The notes beneath the pieces were generated by a model. It ran no database searches. It had not been told where the DNA came from and was given only the letters and a program-made list of their open reading frames with translations. 64,000 bases of DNA, from positions 1 through 64,000 of IMG/VR virus record IMGVR_UViG_3300020195_000009; one strand, given 5' to 3'. The position numbers and the translations under genes were made by a program. Positions 43,003 through 53,300 of the stretch are shown piece by piece (position 1 is the stretch's first letter; every line of letters begins with the position of its first letter).

Positions 43003-45132
43003 TCACGGCGGAAGCCACTCAACTTCTTGAAGATCGAGAGTCTCTCCTGTTCCGTTTTTGATGAACGACACCCGGACGAAGATGAGGAAGTCACCGAAGC
43101 CATTATCCACAGTGAATGCTGTGGTGTCGTAGGAAACCGTAACATCAGGACCCGACGTACCCGTAGCGCAACCCCGGAAGTCCGTCGTCGCAAGGTCTGG
43201 GTCACCTTTGGAGCGACCCAGATCCAACCAACCCGTCGATCCAGGGACCTTGACTTGGACGATCGCCCCACCAGTGTGATCGTTAACCTCGCTACCCGTG
43301 AAGGCCCCGGTCGAGGCAAACGCTACCGAAGCAAGACCCTTAAGGCGGATCTTGCCCGTGTTACGAGCGATGCCCGTATTGAACGCTCGAACATGCCGAC
43401 GAATGTGGTTCGCGAAATCTCCGGCCAGAACGGCTGCATAATCCCCTCCAGGGGTGGTTGGGTTATACGGAGCCACGGTGAAGTTCGTAGAGGGGTAGAT
43501 GAGCCTCCCCGAATGGACCTGAAGGTTACCGTCCCCCGATGCAAGCAAAGTTGCGGAAACTAAGACGTTAACTCCCGCAGGAAGGATGGGTGTCGCCGGA
43601 CTACCCGCCGCAAACGACGAGATGTGCCTGTACGACTCATCGTTGAGAGGTTCGTAGGTGTTCGTCGTGAGGCTACCCGCAACAGGATTATAAATGTAGC
43701 GTTCCGTGCTTGCCTGCGTAGCAAGACCCCCAAAGGGACTACGCCACTCGACCCCAACCTGACCGTAAGGCCATGGAATCGTAGAAGCAGCCCCACCGAT
43801 GGCTTGCGAGGGGTTTTGAGCCCTCGCCACATCGAGAATTTGAGGAGGTGAACCAAGCGTGAACGCCAAACCCGTTCCGTCATCCACGAAGAGGAGCCCG
43901 TTGTCGTACAAACGATACGGATGAACCAGACCCCCAAATGCGGTCAAATCGATTTTAGCAGGGGTTTCCGTAGACTCAAAACCAGCAGGCACGCTTCCAG
44001 TTGCGACTTGGTTGGTGAGGTACGAGTTCTTGAAGACATCGGTTGCCGTCGCCGTGAAGTTGAAGGTCAACCCCGTTGAGTTGTAATGCTCGATGCCCGA
44101 ATAGGGGGTGGAGGTTATCGTACCCGCTGGTGCCGTTGTCATCGATCCAACCGTAGGACCCGATGCGGAATCCGTGTCCAGGAAGATGTTCTTCCTGTTG
44201 ACGGTCTCGAATTCGATAGGCAACGAGGGTACAGCCGAGTAGCAATTCCCTGCTACTAACGTGAGAGCCGTCAAGGCCGCCGGCTGAATCGCAGCAAGTG
44301 AGGCCGCATAGCCCTCCTTCCAGTGGCCAATCAGGTAGCTATCGTTGTCCCCTGCAACCAACGTGATTGAGAAGTTGTACTTCGCAAGTTGGTACGACGA
44401 GAAATTCGTGGAGTAGGCGGTATACTCCAACCCAGGGTAGCTGGAGAGATAGGGTAGGCGATCGATCAAGCTGATCTTGTCAAGGCCCGCAAGCGACGCA
44501 ACGTAATCCGACTGGCTTACGGGGCGGGTAGCCTCAACGAAAGCAGCCCCAGGGATGCCCGCAGGGGGAGGATTCGCCCCTAACCAAAGGGCCATCACAA
44601 GTGTAGTTTGTCCCGAATTGAAGAAATCCGCATCGGTCGTCTTGTAGACAGCAAGAACCCCCCGATCGGCCGGGTAGACGATACCCGTAATCGCATGGGC
44701 TCCTAAGCTACCGTTCGGGGTGAGGTACTTCGTGACGATACCCGTCGCGTCGGTCCAACCTCCGTGTTCGGCCAAACCCCCAACGGTCAGAGCCGAAGTC
44801 CAATCGGGAAGCCCAGAGTTTGGGACGACATTGTTGAAGCCGATAGCATCCGGTCTCACCGGAAGAAGATCAGCTAGAGCCGCGAGTGCATCGAGAACGG
44901 ACTCCCCATCGTAAGGCCCACCTGCCGTTGAAAGGAGTGGTTGTCCCGTCGTAGGGTTGAATTCCGGGATACCAACCGCCCCGCTCATGTGGGCGTCGAT
45001 CGGGTCAGTGATGTGAGAGGAAAGGTCCCCCGACCCAGAAAAGGGGAATGCAAGAGCACTCGCAGGAACTTGACCCCCCGCTAGCTTTCCGGGGCCGGGT
45101 TGTACGACAGAGGGATCCTTGTTGGACGGCAT
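43003..45132 (-). CDS. Virion structural protein (tail-fibre/baseplate associated)
   Basis: LSSHITDPIDAHMSGAV motif as in phage fibre proteins; location in the tail module. Confidence 0.7.
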   Translation of the reverse strand: MPSNKDPSVVQPGPGKLAGGQVPASALAFPFSGSGDLSSHITDPIDAHMSGAVGIPEFNPTTGQPLLSTAGGPYDGESVLDALAALADLLPVRPDAIGFNNVVPNSGLPDWTSALTVGGLAEHGGWTDATGIVTKYLTPNGSLGAHAITGIVYPADRGVLAVYKTTDADFFNSGQTTLVMALWLGANPPPAGIPGAAFVEATRPVSQSDYVASLAGLDKISLIDRLPYLSSYPGLEYTAYSTNFSSYQLAKYNFSITLVAGDNDSYLIGHWKEGYAASLAAIQPAALTALTLVAGNCYSAVPSLPIEFETVNRKNIFLDTDSASGPTVGSMTTAPAGTITSTPYSGIEHYNSTGLTFNFTATATDVFKNSYLTNQVATGSVPAGFESTETPAKIDLTAFGGLVHPYRLYDNGLLFVDDGTGLAFTLGSPPQILDVARAQNPSQAIGGAASTIPWPYGQVGVEWRSPFGGLATQASTERYIYNPVAGSLTTNTYEPLNDESYRHISSFAAGSPATPILPAGVNVLVSATLLASGDGNLQVHSGRLIYPSTNFTVAPYNPTTPGGDYAAVLAGDFANHIRRHVRAFNTGIARNTGKIRLKGLASVAFASTGAFTGSEVNDHTGGAIVQVKVPGSTGWLDLGRSKGDPDLATTDFRGCATGTSGPDVTVSYDTTAFTVDNGFGDFLIFVRVSFIKNGTGETLDLQEVEWLPP

Positions 45133-45133
45133 C

Positions 45134-47779
45134 TTAGCTTCTCCGGTTCAGGAGGTTCCCGGACAGTCGGAAGACGCTCGCTATGGTCGTGTTGTTTGCC
45201 GCCAAGAATTTGACGCTGTTCTCAGCGTCAAATTCCGCCCATCGAACGAAGAGAACCATGAACAAGGTCCCCTTCTTACCAAGGACCGAGTCCGAAGTCG
45301 TCTCCATGACGGTCGGCATGACCACCTTGTGGATACGTTCGTCGGATAGAGGCTGACCAAAGGCGTTCGGCTTGTAAGAAGTCGGAACCGAAGGAAAGTA
45401 GGTTCGATTCTCAATGTCCGCGTCGATCAAAGCCCGAGTGAACGTCACCGACTCCGGATTCGGGACATACGGAATGACCGAGTGGGTCCGCAAGAAGCCG
45501 GTTGAGGCGTTGAACTCCGCTACGAAGATGCCGAGATCCCCATCCAGCTCGTGCTCCCCTGACCACCCACCACCATCCTTAATGACCCCGCCCGTCTGAA
45601 CGTAAGCGAAGGGGTAGGGGTAGCCTTCTCCTTGAGAACCAGATCCGGTCGTGATCGAATAGAGGAAAGGCGAGATCCATCTGGGAACCATCGTGAGGCT
45701 CGTACCAAGGAGCGCGGAGCGGACCGTCTGCGAAGCTCTAGCCTCATAGTAAACCGTCATCTGAACGCTGGATTGAGGCATCGGCCGGATGGCCTGATAA
45801 TCCACGTCGATGATGTCACCAGGGGCAGCCGTCCCACCACTGAGGGTGAGAAGACGACCTTTCGCATCGAGCGATCCACCTGCACCCGGAAGGGGGCCTC
45901 CGTTGATCCTTACTTGAATGAGCGTCTCAACTCGCTCAGGGAGCACGTACTTCGTTGACGTAGCCACACCCGAATCAGCCGACAGCGTATGCGTGATGGT
46001 GCTTGTCTTGTACTGAAGCTGAACCTCTCGATGAGGGGCATCGATCGCCTGCGTCTGCATCGCACTGAAGCTGACAGGAGCGGTTGCAGGTAGAGCCGGA
46101 GGTCCTGGGTTGTTGATGTAGAAACTAGGGGTCCCGAAGTCATCAGTCGGCGTCTTGGTCAGACCCACTCCAGGGGGGTAACCAATGAGAAGATCGATGT
46201 ACATCGGTTCGGTGGTCAACCCACCGATCGGAGGAGTCCCAAGGGTGATAAAAACGTTTCCAGGTGGGTACTGACCTAGCCCGGAAATACTCGTAACAGG
46301 AAACGGAACATAGAGAGGGATGGCCGTAGGGGAGGCTTGAGCGAAACCTACTTCAATCCCCTTTTCAAGGGCAGTCGTCCCGTGGATCCTAGCCCCCACA
46401 ACATCCACAATTCGAGTCCCCGAGGGAGCACGACTGATGAACCCGATCGCCCCAGAAAAAGGGTACTGCGCCATCGCCGCAGGATTGATCGTTACGACTG
46501 TTCCCGTGGTCCACGTAGCCGTGGAGACGTTGGGATCTCCAGGGGAAATTTGGAATGTCAGCACTTCGTAGACCACACGGTCAGAAAAGAACCGGCGGGT
46601 GCAGTCAAACTGACCTATGAAATCAGCTCCGGGGGTGTCCCCAGTGAGGACACCATCACCTGGTAGGGTTCCGATTTCATCGGCCCAAAAGAGGGTATGA
46701 CCGGCAACGCCGCCCCCAAGGGCCGTGACTTCCCACTCCGTCTTGAGCGAGTTGTCGAGGAGGTAGTTGAAGTTTTTCTCCCCCACCTCCAAATAGCTGC
46801 CCCAACCCGTGATGGAGGTAGCTTGACGAAGATCAGCCACATCGTTGGCTACAAAGATGTCGTAGAGCAAACCATCAGGACGATCCGACGGTCCAGGTGA
46901 TGCAACCCCACCGTTATGGTTAAGGTTACGCTCGAAGGCTGTTGTATTTCTACGGAAAACAGCCACGAGGGGGATGGCGTACATGTACCCATCAACTGAA
47001 TCAATCGTGTTTGTGGGAAGGCCATCCCCTGCCCTCCAAAGTCCAGGGTCGCCGTTAGCGCTCTGGTTTTGGTATACGAAGGCTGTAACCACCCCGTTGG
47101 GTGCCCCCGCACTAGGAGGAACCGAGTTGGCCAAGACTACGGGATCATCGATTCCGTTGGGGTACGCGAAAATGTCGACGCCTGGGATGACCCGGATTCG
47201 GTATTGAATCTGAACCCGTTTGGTCGTCTCAGAGGCGACGATGGCATCCAGGATGTCATCCGCAAAGTTGAGGACCGCATCATCCGCTGCTTGAATCTTG
47301 ACGTTGCCGTTCCGCCAGATCCGACCCGTAGGGCTCTTGCCGTCCGTGCTGGGGGAAGCCGAGATGAGCTTCCTCCACACTTCGAGAATCACGATGTCGG
47401 TACGCTTGGCTCCGTTACCAGCAGGACCGGCTCCCAAGTCCAACGTGTTCGTAGAAGCACTTCCAGTGTAGGCGAGAAGGATGGGCCAGCCGTTGACGAG
47501 GGCCGTGAGGTTGTTTGCTAGGACCAGGGTGTTCGCGATGACCGACGGGACGAAGAGCGAGGCGGTTGGGTCCGACTTGTTGAGGTGGTCGTTCGTGAGC
47601 CACCCAGAAGGCGCCAGCCTTCTGACCAGCCCCAAGGCTGCCCCGAAGTCCAAGTCCTCGGAGAGGTTGAGTTCCTTGTCGAGAACAGGCTTGCCAGCCT
47701 GGAACGCAACAGACTCAAAACTCCGGCCATCCGGGTCGAGGTACCCACTGACTGCCGGGCCTAAATTCTTGGTCCCCAT
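45134..47779 (-). CDS. Virion structural protein, paralog of 33703..38268
   Basis: FQAGKPVLDKELN, RTDIVILEVW, ETTKRVQIQYRIRV, GDPGLWRAGDG, VDGYMYAIP. Confidence 0.8.
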   Translation of the reverse strand: MGTKNLGPAVSGYLDPDGRSFESVAFQAGKPVLDKELNLSEDLDFGAALGLVRRLAPSGWLTNDHLNKSDPTASLFVPSVIANTLVLANNLTALVNGWPILLAYTGSASTNTLDLGAGPAGNGAKRTDIVILEVWRKLISASPSTDGKSPTGRIWRNGNVKIQAADDAVLNFADDILDAIVASETTKRVQIQYRIRVIPGVDIFAYPNGIDDPVVLANSVPPSAGAPNGVVTAFVYQNQSANGDPGLWRAGDGLPTNTIDSVDGYMYAIPLVAVFRRNTTAFERNLNHNGGVASPGPSDRPDGLLYDIFVANDVADLRQATSITGWGSYLEVGEKNFNYLLDNSLKTEWEVTALGGGVAGHTLFWADEIGTLPGDGVLTGDTPGADFIGQFDCTRRFFSDRVVYEVLTFQISPGDPNVSTATWTTGTVVTINPAAMAQYPFSGAIGFISRAPSGTRIVDVVGARIHGTTALEKGIEVGFAQASPTAIPLYVPFPVTSISGLGQYPPGNVFITLGTPPIGGLTTEPMYIDLLIGYPPGVGLTKTPTDDFGTPSFYINNPGPPALPATAPVSFSAMQTQAIDAPHREVQLQYKTSTITHTLSADSGVATSTKYVLPERVETLIQVRINGGPLPGAGGSLDAKGRLLTLSGGTAAPGDIIDVDYQAIRPMPQSSVQMTVYYEARASQTVRSALLGTSLTMVPRWISPFLYSITTGSGSQGEGYPYPFAYVQTGGVIKDGGGWSGEHELDGDLGIFVAEFNASTGFLRTHSVIPYVPNPESVTFTRALIDADIENRTYFPSVPTSYKPNAFGQPLSDERIHKVVMPTVMETTSDSVLGKKGTLFMVLFVRWAEFDAENSVKFLAANNTTIASVFRLSGNLLNRRS

Positions 47780-47838
47780 CAGTGGATCTCCACGATTGAA
47801 CGATTACCTACAGATTTGGTGCGGAGCTTATCCATGGC

Positions 47839-48483
47839 TCAGAAGCTCAAACGCCAGACGATCTCCAGCGTGGAAGTCGCTGGTTTCGAGATTATTGGGA
47901 ACGTTAAATAGTTCACCATCGTCTCTTTTGTGGTCAAATCGACCAACGGGTTGTAGGGCCCGTTTGGGGGAAGCACGGGGTTGCGAATGGACAGGTTCGT
48001 CGAGATGTTGCCCCCAAGGAGGCCCATCTCGACAAGAGGTCCGACCGCTTCAGACTCCGTGTAGATGGTCGAGAAGTCGACCACGTTTGTCGGGATGGCC
48101 GTTGGGACACCTGCGGCGTCGATGAACTGTGTCGTTGAGAACGTCTTGCGAGTCAACTCCGAGTAGAGAGACCTCTGCGTGTTCGTTGGAGCTGGCGGAG
48201 CCAGTGGATTCCAGCCGATGTCACCCGTCCCGACTGCAAGGACAAAGCACCCCTTCGTGGGCTCTGCGTTGTCCTTCATCAGACGAGCCACAAGGATAGA
48301 GGCATCCTTGACAATGATGTTCTTGATCTCCCGTCGGTCTTGCTCAACCCCGGAGGCCCCATCCCGAAGGATGAGGGAAACATCACCTCGAATGCCCGGC
48401 GCTTTCTCCTCGTAGCGAGACTTCAAGGCTCCGAAGAACCGAGAGCCTACGCGGGAGAACACCTCATCCAATTTCATGTGCAT
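47839..48483 (-). CDS. Tail-collar/baseplate fibre-attachment-like protein
   Basis: NIIV...LAVGTGD...PAPTNTQRSLYSELTRK...EAVGPLVEMGLLG, a tail-collar (DUF3751-like) pattern. Confidence 0.6.
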   Translation of the reverse strand: MHMKLDEVFSRVGSRFFGALKSRYEEKAPGIRGDVSLILRDGASGVEQDRREIKNIIVKDASILVARLMKDNAEPTKGCFVLAVGTGDIGWNPLAPPAPTNTQRSLYSELTRKTFSTTQFIDAAGVPTAIPTNVVDFSTIYTESEAVGPLVEMGLLGGNISTNLSIRNPVLPPNGPYNPLVDLTTKETMVNYLTFPIISKPATSTLEIVWRLSF

Positions 48484-48557
48484 CTTCTCCGGTCTGGAAA
48501 GCTCGCCTGCTGGGACGAACGAGCTTCAACACACCGACGAAGCTATAAGAACAACCG

Positions 48558-50306
48558 TCAGAGGGTTGATAGACTCTCACCAAGGGTCAGAGTCTCAAAG
48601 AGATTCACACCAAGCTTGGTCTCGATAGCTTCCGAAAGCGTCAGGCTATCGAAAACGTTGACTTGAACAACGTTCTCCCCCGGTACCAAGTCGAAGTTCT
48701 CGGTGATCCCAAAGGTCTCCCCGACCAAGATGCTCGTCGCAGCCGAGGTGAAGAGACCTTCCCCAAGGGACAGGACCTCGGCTGGGTTCACGAAGTAGCG
48801 CCTCTCGTTCACCACGGGAGCGGGCAGCGGGGAGAGGTTGTCGACCGTCACGAAAACATACGGAGGCGGGACCGTGTTGTTGAACAGAGCCCAGGTAGGG
48901 CTGTTCAATAGAGCGACGTCGGACGGTGTGACGGTCGTTGTGAGAGTGAACACCGCTCCGATGTCCACCAAAGGGGTGACTACCTCCGAGCGCTTGTCGC
49001 CAAGGTTGTGCTTTGCTTCTCCAAGTAGATAGAAGCCAGCAAAGAGAACGCCGGAGTTCAGGAAAGAGGCGACAGGAGTTGGTACAACACCCCCACCATG
49101 CGTAAAGAGAGGAGGAGGGTCAACGGGTCGAGGGAACTCGTAGCGCTCGAAGGCCTGCGTACAAGCTTTGACGTCATCGACTTGAATCGAAGAGGAAGGG
49201 GCACCTCCAGACTTGAGAGCTGGGGAAAAGAACACGAGCCCGTTGGGGTTACCGAAAAGGTCTCGAACTCCTGGGTCGATACCGGACTGAACCGGAGGCA
49301 GTACCGTAAGCGACTCCAGGAAGCTCAAGGTCTCAGCGAGACTCATCTCGACCGTAGACCGGCTGTCAGGTTGCTTAGATACCGCAGATTTCTCCTCGAA
49401 TTGAATGGTCTCGGAAAGTTGAATGGCATGCCGAACGGCCGTATCCACCCCACTCCCAGAGACCTGGAGACGTTCTGAAAGCGTTAGAGTCTCAGGTAGA
49501 GCGTCAGCAAAGGCTGGGCCAAAGCGAAGCGGGTCCAGCACCACAGAGAGCGCTTCATTGAGCGATAGGACCTCTTCGAGACTTGGCCCTGCCGACTTCT
49601 TCGCTCGCACCTCCCCAGTGAACTTAGAGAGGGGGACGGACGTTCGGAGCTGCGTCTTCGACCATACCAAGATGGCCGTGTTGGGGAGAACGACCCGACC
49701 ATCGGCTGCTTTGACGTTGGGGGAAATCGTTAGAACGTAAGGGATCCCAGAGGTGAGGGAGATGACGGTCAGAATAACACGGGTAGCATTAGCGACCAGG
49801 TTGGGGGTAGCAGCCGTGACCGGCAACGGGGAACCGTCGATCGTTTGCAGCGTATAGTTCGCTGGATCCGATAGCTCAGAGTCCACCAACATGGGCTGGT
49901 GGAAGACAAGGTTGATGGCGGTTGCGCTTTGAGTCCGAGCCGCAAAACGGTTGGAAGAGGGGAATCCTGTGAAGGTCGCTTCATCTGCATCCGGGTCGAT
50001 AGTAGACCCGTCATAGCTCTCAACGTCCTCTGAAACCGTAACCGTGAAGAGCTGGTAGTCTTGCTCCGTCGTGATGACTCGAAGCGAATTGACGTCGGAG
50101 GGATCAGCTACGACCTGAAGCGCTTGAAGATTGGGTCCAAATGTGTAGCTCGACGTATCTATCGTCGCCGGGACCGACAGGTCCGGCCCTTCCGAAAAGG
50201 TGATGCGGACAGTGAACGGGTTGAGAGCCGTAGCACTGACCACTTGGAAGAGGCTTCCGCCCCCTCCAAACGGTGTTCCTCCGTACGACCCTCCTCCAAA
50301 CGACAT
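48558..50306 (-). CDS. Virion protein with Ig-like domains and E-x-L-x-L-x-E repeats
   Basis: VRITFSE...DTSSY and NLVFHQ...DPANYT Ig-like starts; ETLTLSE-type repeats. Confidence 0.7.
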   Translation of the reverse strand: MSFGGGSYGGTPFGGGGSLFQVVSATALNPFTVRITFSEGPDLSVPATIDTSSYTFGPNLQALQVVADPSDVNSLRVITTEQDYQLFTVTVSEDVESYDGSTIDPDADEATFTGFPSSNRFAARTQSATAINLVFHQPMLVDSELSDPANYTLQTIDGSPLPVTAATPNLVANATRVILTVISLTSGIPYVLTISPNVKAADGRVVLPNTAILVWSKTQLRTSVPLSKFTGEVRAKKSAGPSLEEVLSLNEALSVVLDPLRFGPAFADALPETLTLSERLQVSGSGVDTAVRHAIQLSETIQFEEKSAVSKQPDSRSTVEMSLAETLSFLESLTVLPPVQSGIDPGVRDLFGNPNGLVFFSPALKSGGAPSSSIQVDDVKACTQAFERYEFPRPVDPPPLFTHGGGVVPTPVASFLNSGVLFAGFYLLGEAKHNLGDKRSEVVTPLVDIGAVFTLTTTVTPSDVALLNSPTWALFNNTVPPPYVFVTVDNLSPLPAPVVNERRYFVNPAEVLSLGEGLFTSAATSILVGETFGITENFDLVPGENVVQVNVFDSLTLSEAIETKLGVNLFETLTLGESLSTL

Positions 50307-50316
50307 CAGATTCCTT

Positions 50317-53300
50317 TCAAGGATCGATCAGGAAGTCGAGGGTACCATTCCCAACGTTCTTGACGAGAGAGTACACATGATAAGATCCATCGAGGAAGTC
50401 GAACGGGATGGCTCCCAAAGTCGTGTTCGAGAGCAAGTCGAGGAGCCGGACCTCCCGGTCCCCCAAAGGCGTACTAACGAAGGCTAGAGCTGCCGTGAGC
50501 CCGAAAGCATTGAACCCGAACCGGACTCCCGTGTCTCCAGTTCCAGAGGTCGCGTCATTCAATAACTTCAACTTGAAGCTCACCGTCGTCTGGAGCCCCG
50601 CCGGGTCCGTTAGAGGAGTGGGATTACGATAGATCGTGTTTGTAGGGGAGGCTAAGGTCGAATAGGTGAGAACTCCAGCGAAGGCGGTGGCGGTCACTTG
50701 CCCAGGATCGTCGGACTCCAGGACCCACTGCGTCTTGAAGTCCGGGTCGTTCTCTGGAAGGACATCCCCCGAGTAGACAGCACAGACGTCCTTGGTCCAG
50801 TTGAGCTTCTTGAGGGCGATGGGGTTGTACTCATCCGAAAACGGAGCAATATGCTCCGCTTCTCCGGTTGATTGCTCGATGATCTTGAGGTCGTTGTAGA
50901 GTACGTCCTTGGGGACGAGGAGACGGACCCTCAGCGTTGCATCGTTGGTAACGAAGTCCCCGTCGTTGTTAAGTACATCCTCGGGTCGGTTCAAACCTGA
51001 GACGAACTCAAAGACCGGGGAGGGCCGGCGAACTTCATACGTCTGCGTCGAAGGGACCAGGGGAGTGCCCTCATTGAGTCGCGTGAAGGCGATCACGGCT
51101 GGATTCTCGGCAAATTCCTCCCAAGGGTACGGGATACCCGTAGAAGAGGAAGAGAATTGAGTATGGTTGTGCGCGACCGTTGTAAAAAGGTGCTCCGGGG
51201 AGGACATGACGTTCCGCTGATTCAAGAACTGGTGGTGCGGAACAATTCGGATCTCTGTGGGGGATCTCGTGATGCCGTAGCGCACGAAGTCCCACGAGGT
51301 CTGAGAGATATTGGTGGGATCGAAGGCCCCCCATGTGATCGAAGCCAACCCCTGGTTGATGATCGAGGAGATTCCCAAAGAACTCGCAGGAAGGACCACC
51401 TCGCTGTAGTCGAGCCGAATGACGGGCGACGGGATCGCATCGAGCAAGAGCGAAACGGACCCTCCAGGGTCTCGTACGAGACGGTACTTGTGAGCCACAG
51501 TCCAATCCGTCTCGGTGGGGATCCGGTAATCGGCCTCACTAGGCGTAAAGGGAAACGTGCTCAGGATCGTCAAGACCGTGGGGGCCACCGTAGCAATCGA
51601 GTAAACCCCCTTGTTTGGGCCTATATCAATCACAAGATCGCCCCCTACGGCAACCCCAGCGGCCACGAAGTTTGCCGATAGATCCGTCAAAACGTTACCG
51701 GCAAGCGCCGCATGCCCGGAGGTCTTCAACTGGAAGTAGTAACCCGTCAGGGATGTAGGATCCGTTCCCTTCCAGATCCCGACGTACTTCCGCACACCAC
51801 TTGTCGGCTGAGCCCGCCAAACGTTGACGTAGATCCAATCCACCACGGAGGTGGAGGACACGCTTCCTGCCGTCGCAGACCCGAATGAAATCGTTGGGTT
51901 CCCCCCACTGACGAGGAAGGACGAGTAGGGGTATGTCCCGATCAGCGTATTATCGATGAAGAGGGTGACGAGATCCCCTCCCGTACTCTTGGTGATTCGG
52001 TAGGTGTGGGTCAGCCCATCGTTCCAGTTGAAGTTGAACTGCGACCCGATCCCTAGAAGGGTGCCGTCCGAGTGGAAAGCCACCTGAGGGACTCCCACCG
52101 ACTCCCGCAGCATCACTCCAATAGACCGGGTGCCGTCAAACACATCCACCGTAGCGCCGCAGAAACCAACGGGGGTGCCGTCGTTGAGGAACGAAACGAC
52201 CTGAAACCGGAACTCCGCGAAGTAATCGATCAAGGCTTCGATGATGCGATCTGGAGACGCCATCGGAGCGAGGTCTTCAATGAAGTAGACCAGCCCATCA
52301 AGAAGGGTGTCGTCTTCGATTCGTAACGTCCGACCCACCATCCTGGCGGTGGCCGAGCCAAGAGCCCCCCAGGGGGATGGGGTGGCATCTTCCGGCAAAG
52401 ACCGGCCGGGGTAGCTCACCTTCGGCTGCGATTGAGTTGGGAAAAAGCAAAGCTGAATCAGGCGAGAGCCGTCATCGACCGCAGCCATAACGGCGTTGGG
52501 GGTGATCCCGTGGGTGAACGTCCGAAGCTGGACGTTCACATCAAGAACAACATCTGCGGAGACGAGCAGCAAGGGCTCGATTCTCGTGAACCCTCGGAAA
52601 TCCCCCCCTACGAGCCCAACCTCTTCTGAGGTAGCCTGCGTCGTGGCAGATGTTGAATCGAGGATGAGTGAACCCCCAAGGAGAGACTCCGTTCCATGGT
52701 AACCAACCAACGTCCACGGAGCGGGGGAGTTCTCTGGAAGAAGATCCCCTTCATACGAGGCAAAGATGGACGGGGCCGTCTGAGACGGATTAGTCGGGAG
52801 CACCAAGTAGCGGACGACATCCCACGTGCTCAGACTCTCAGCCTGTCGATCCAAAGATCCGAAGAAGATACCCTGGAGTTGATCGAAGGGATCCCCCAAT
52901 TCCTCCAGGTAGGGGAGGTCTTCTTCAAGCACACGAAGGCTTTCTACGACTTCCCCGTCAACGAAGAGGCGAACAATCTCATCTCGACCCCGAAAGAAGC
53001 GGTAGCTGTGGGAGATCGACCAGTCAAAGTTAAAGGGTAGACCGGACGGATCGTTGCTTGGAAGAATACCCCCAACCCAAGCTGAAAGAGTCGACGGATC
53101 GTTACCAAATCCCTTCTTCAAGAAGCCTAGCTTCCGTACCCCTCCGTCGAGCAAGTAGCCCATCACGATAGCCCGGCGATCGTTCGACCAACCGACGGCT
53201 ACGCCAGTGAAGATTCCGTTCGGCGTAGTCGAATTGATCTCCATGCGCCACGTAGCAGCAAATACGTGAGGGAAGGTCAGATCCACGGAGCGGGACCAAA

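Noticed and set aside
42978-43005. Possible terminator after the 709-aa gene (GAGCCCTAAAAGTCGCTAGGCTTTTT on the minus strand)
   Set aside because: The stem is short and imperfect and overlaps the candidate T-rich promoter motif, so it cannot be called confidently.
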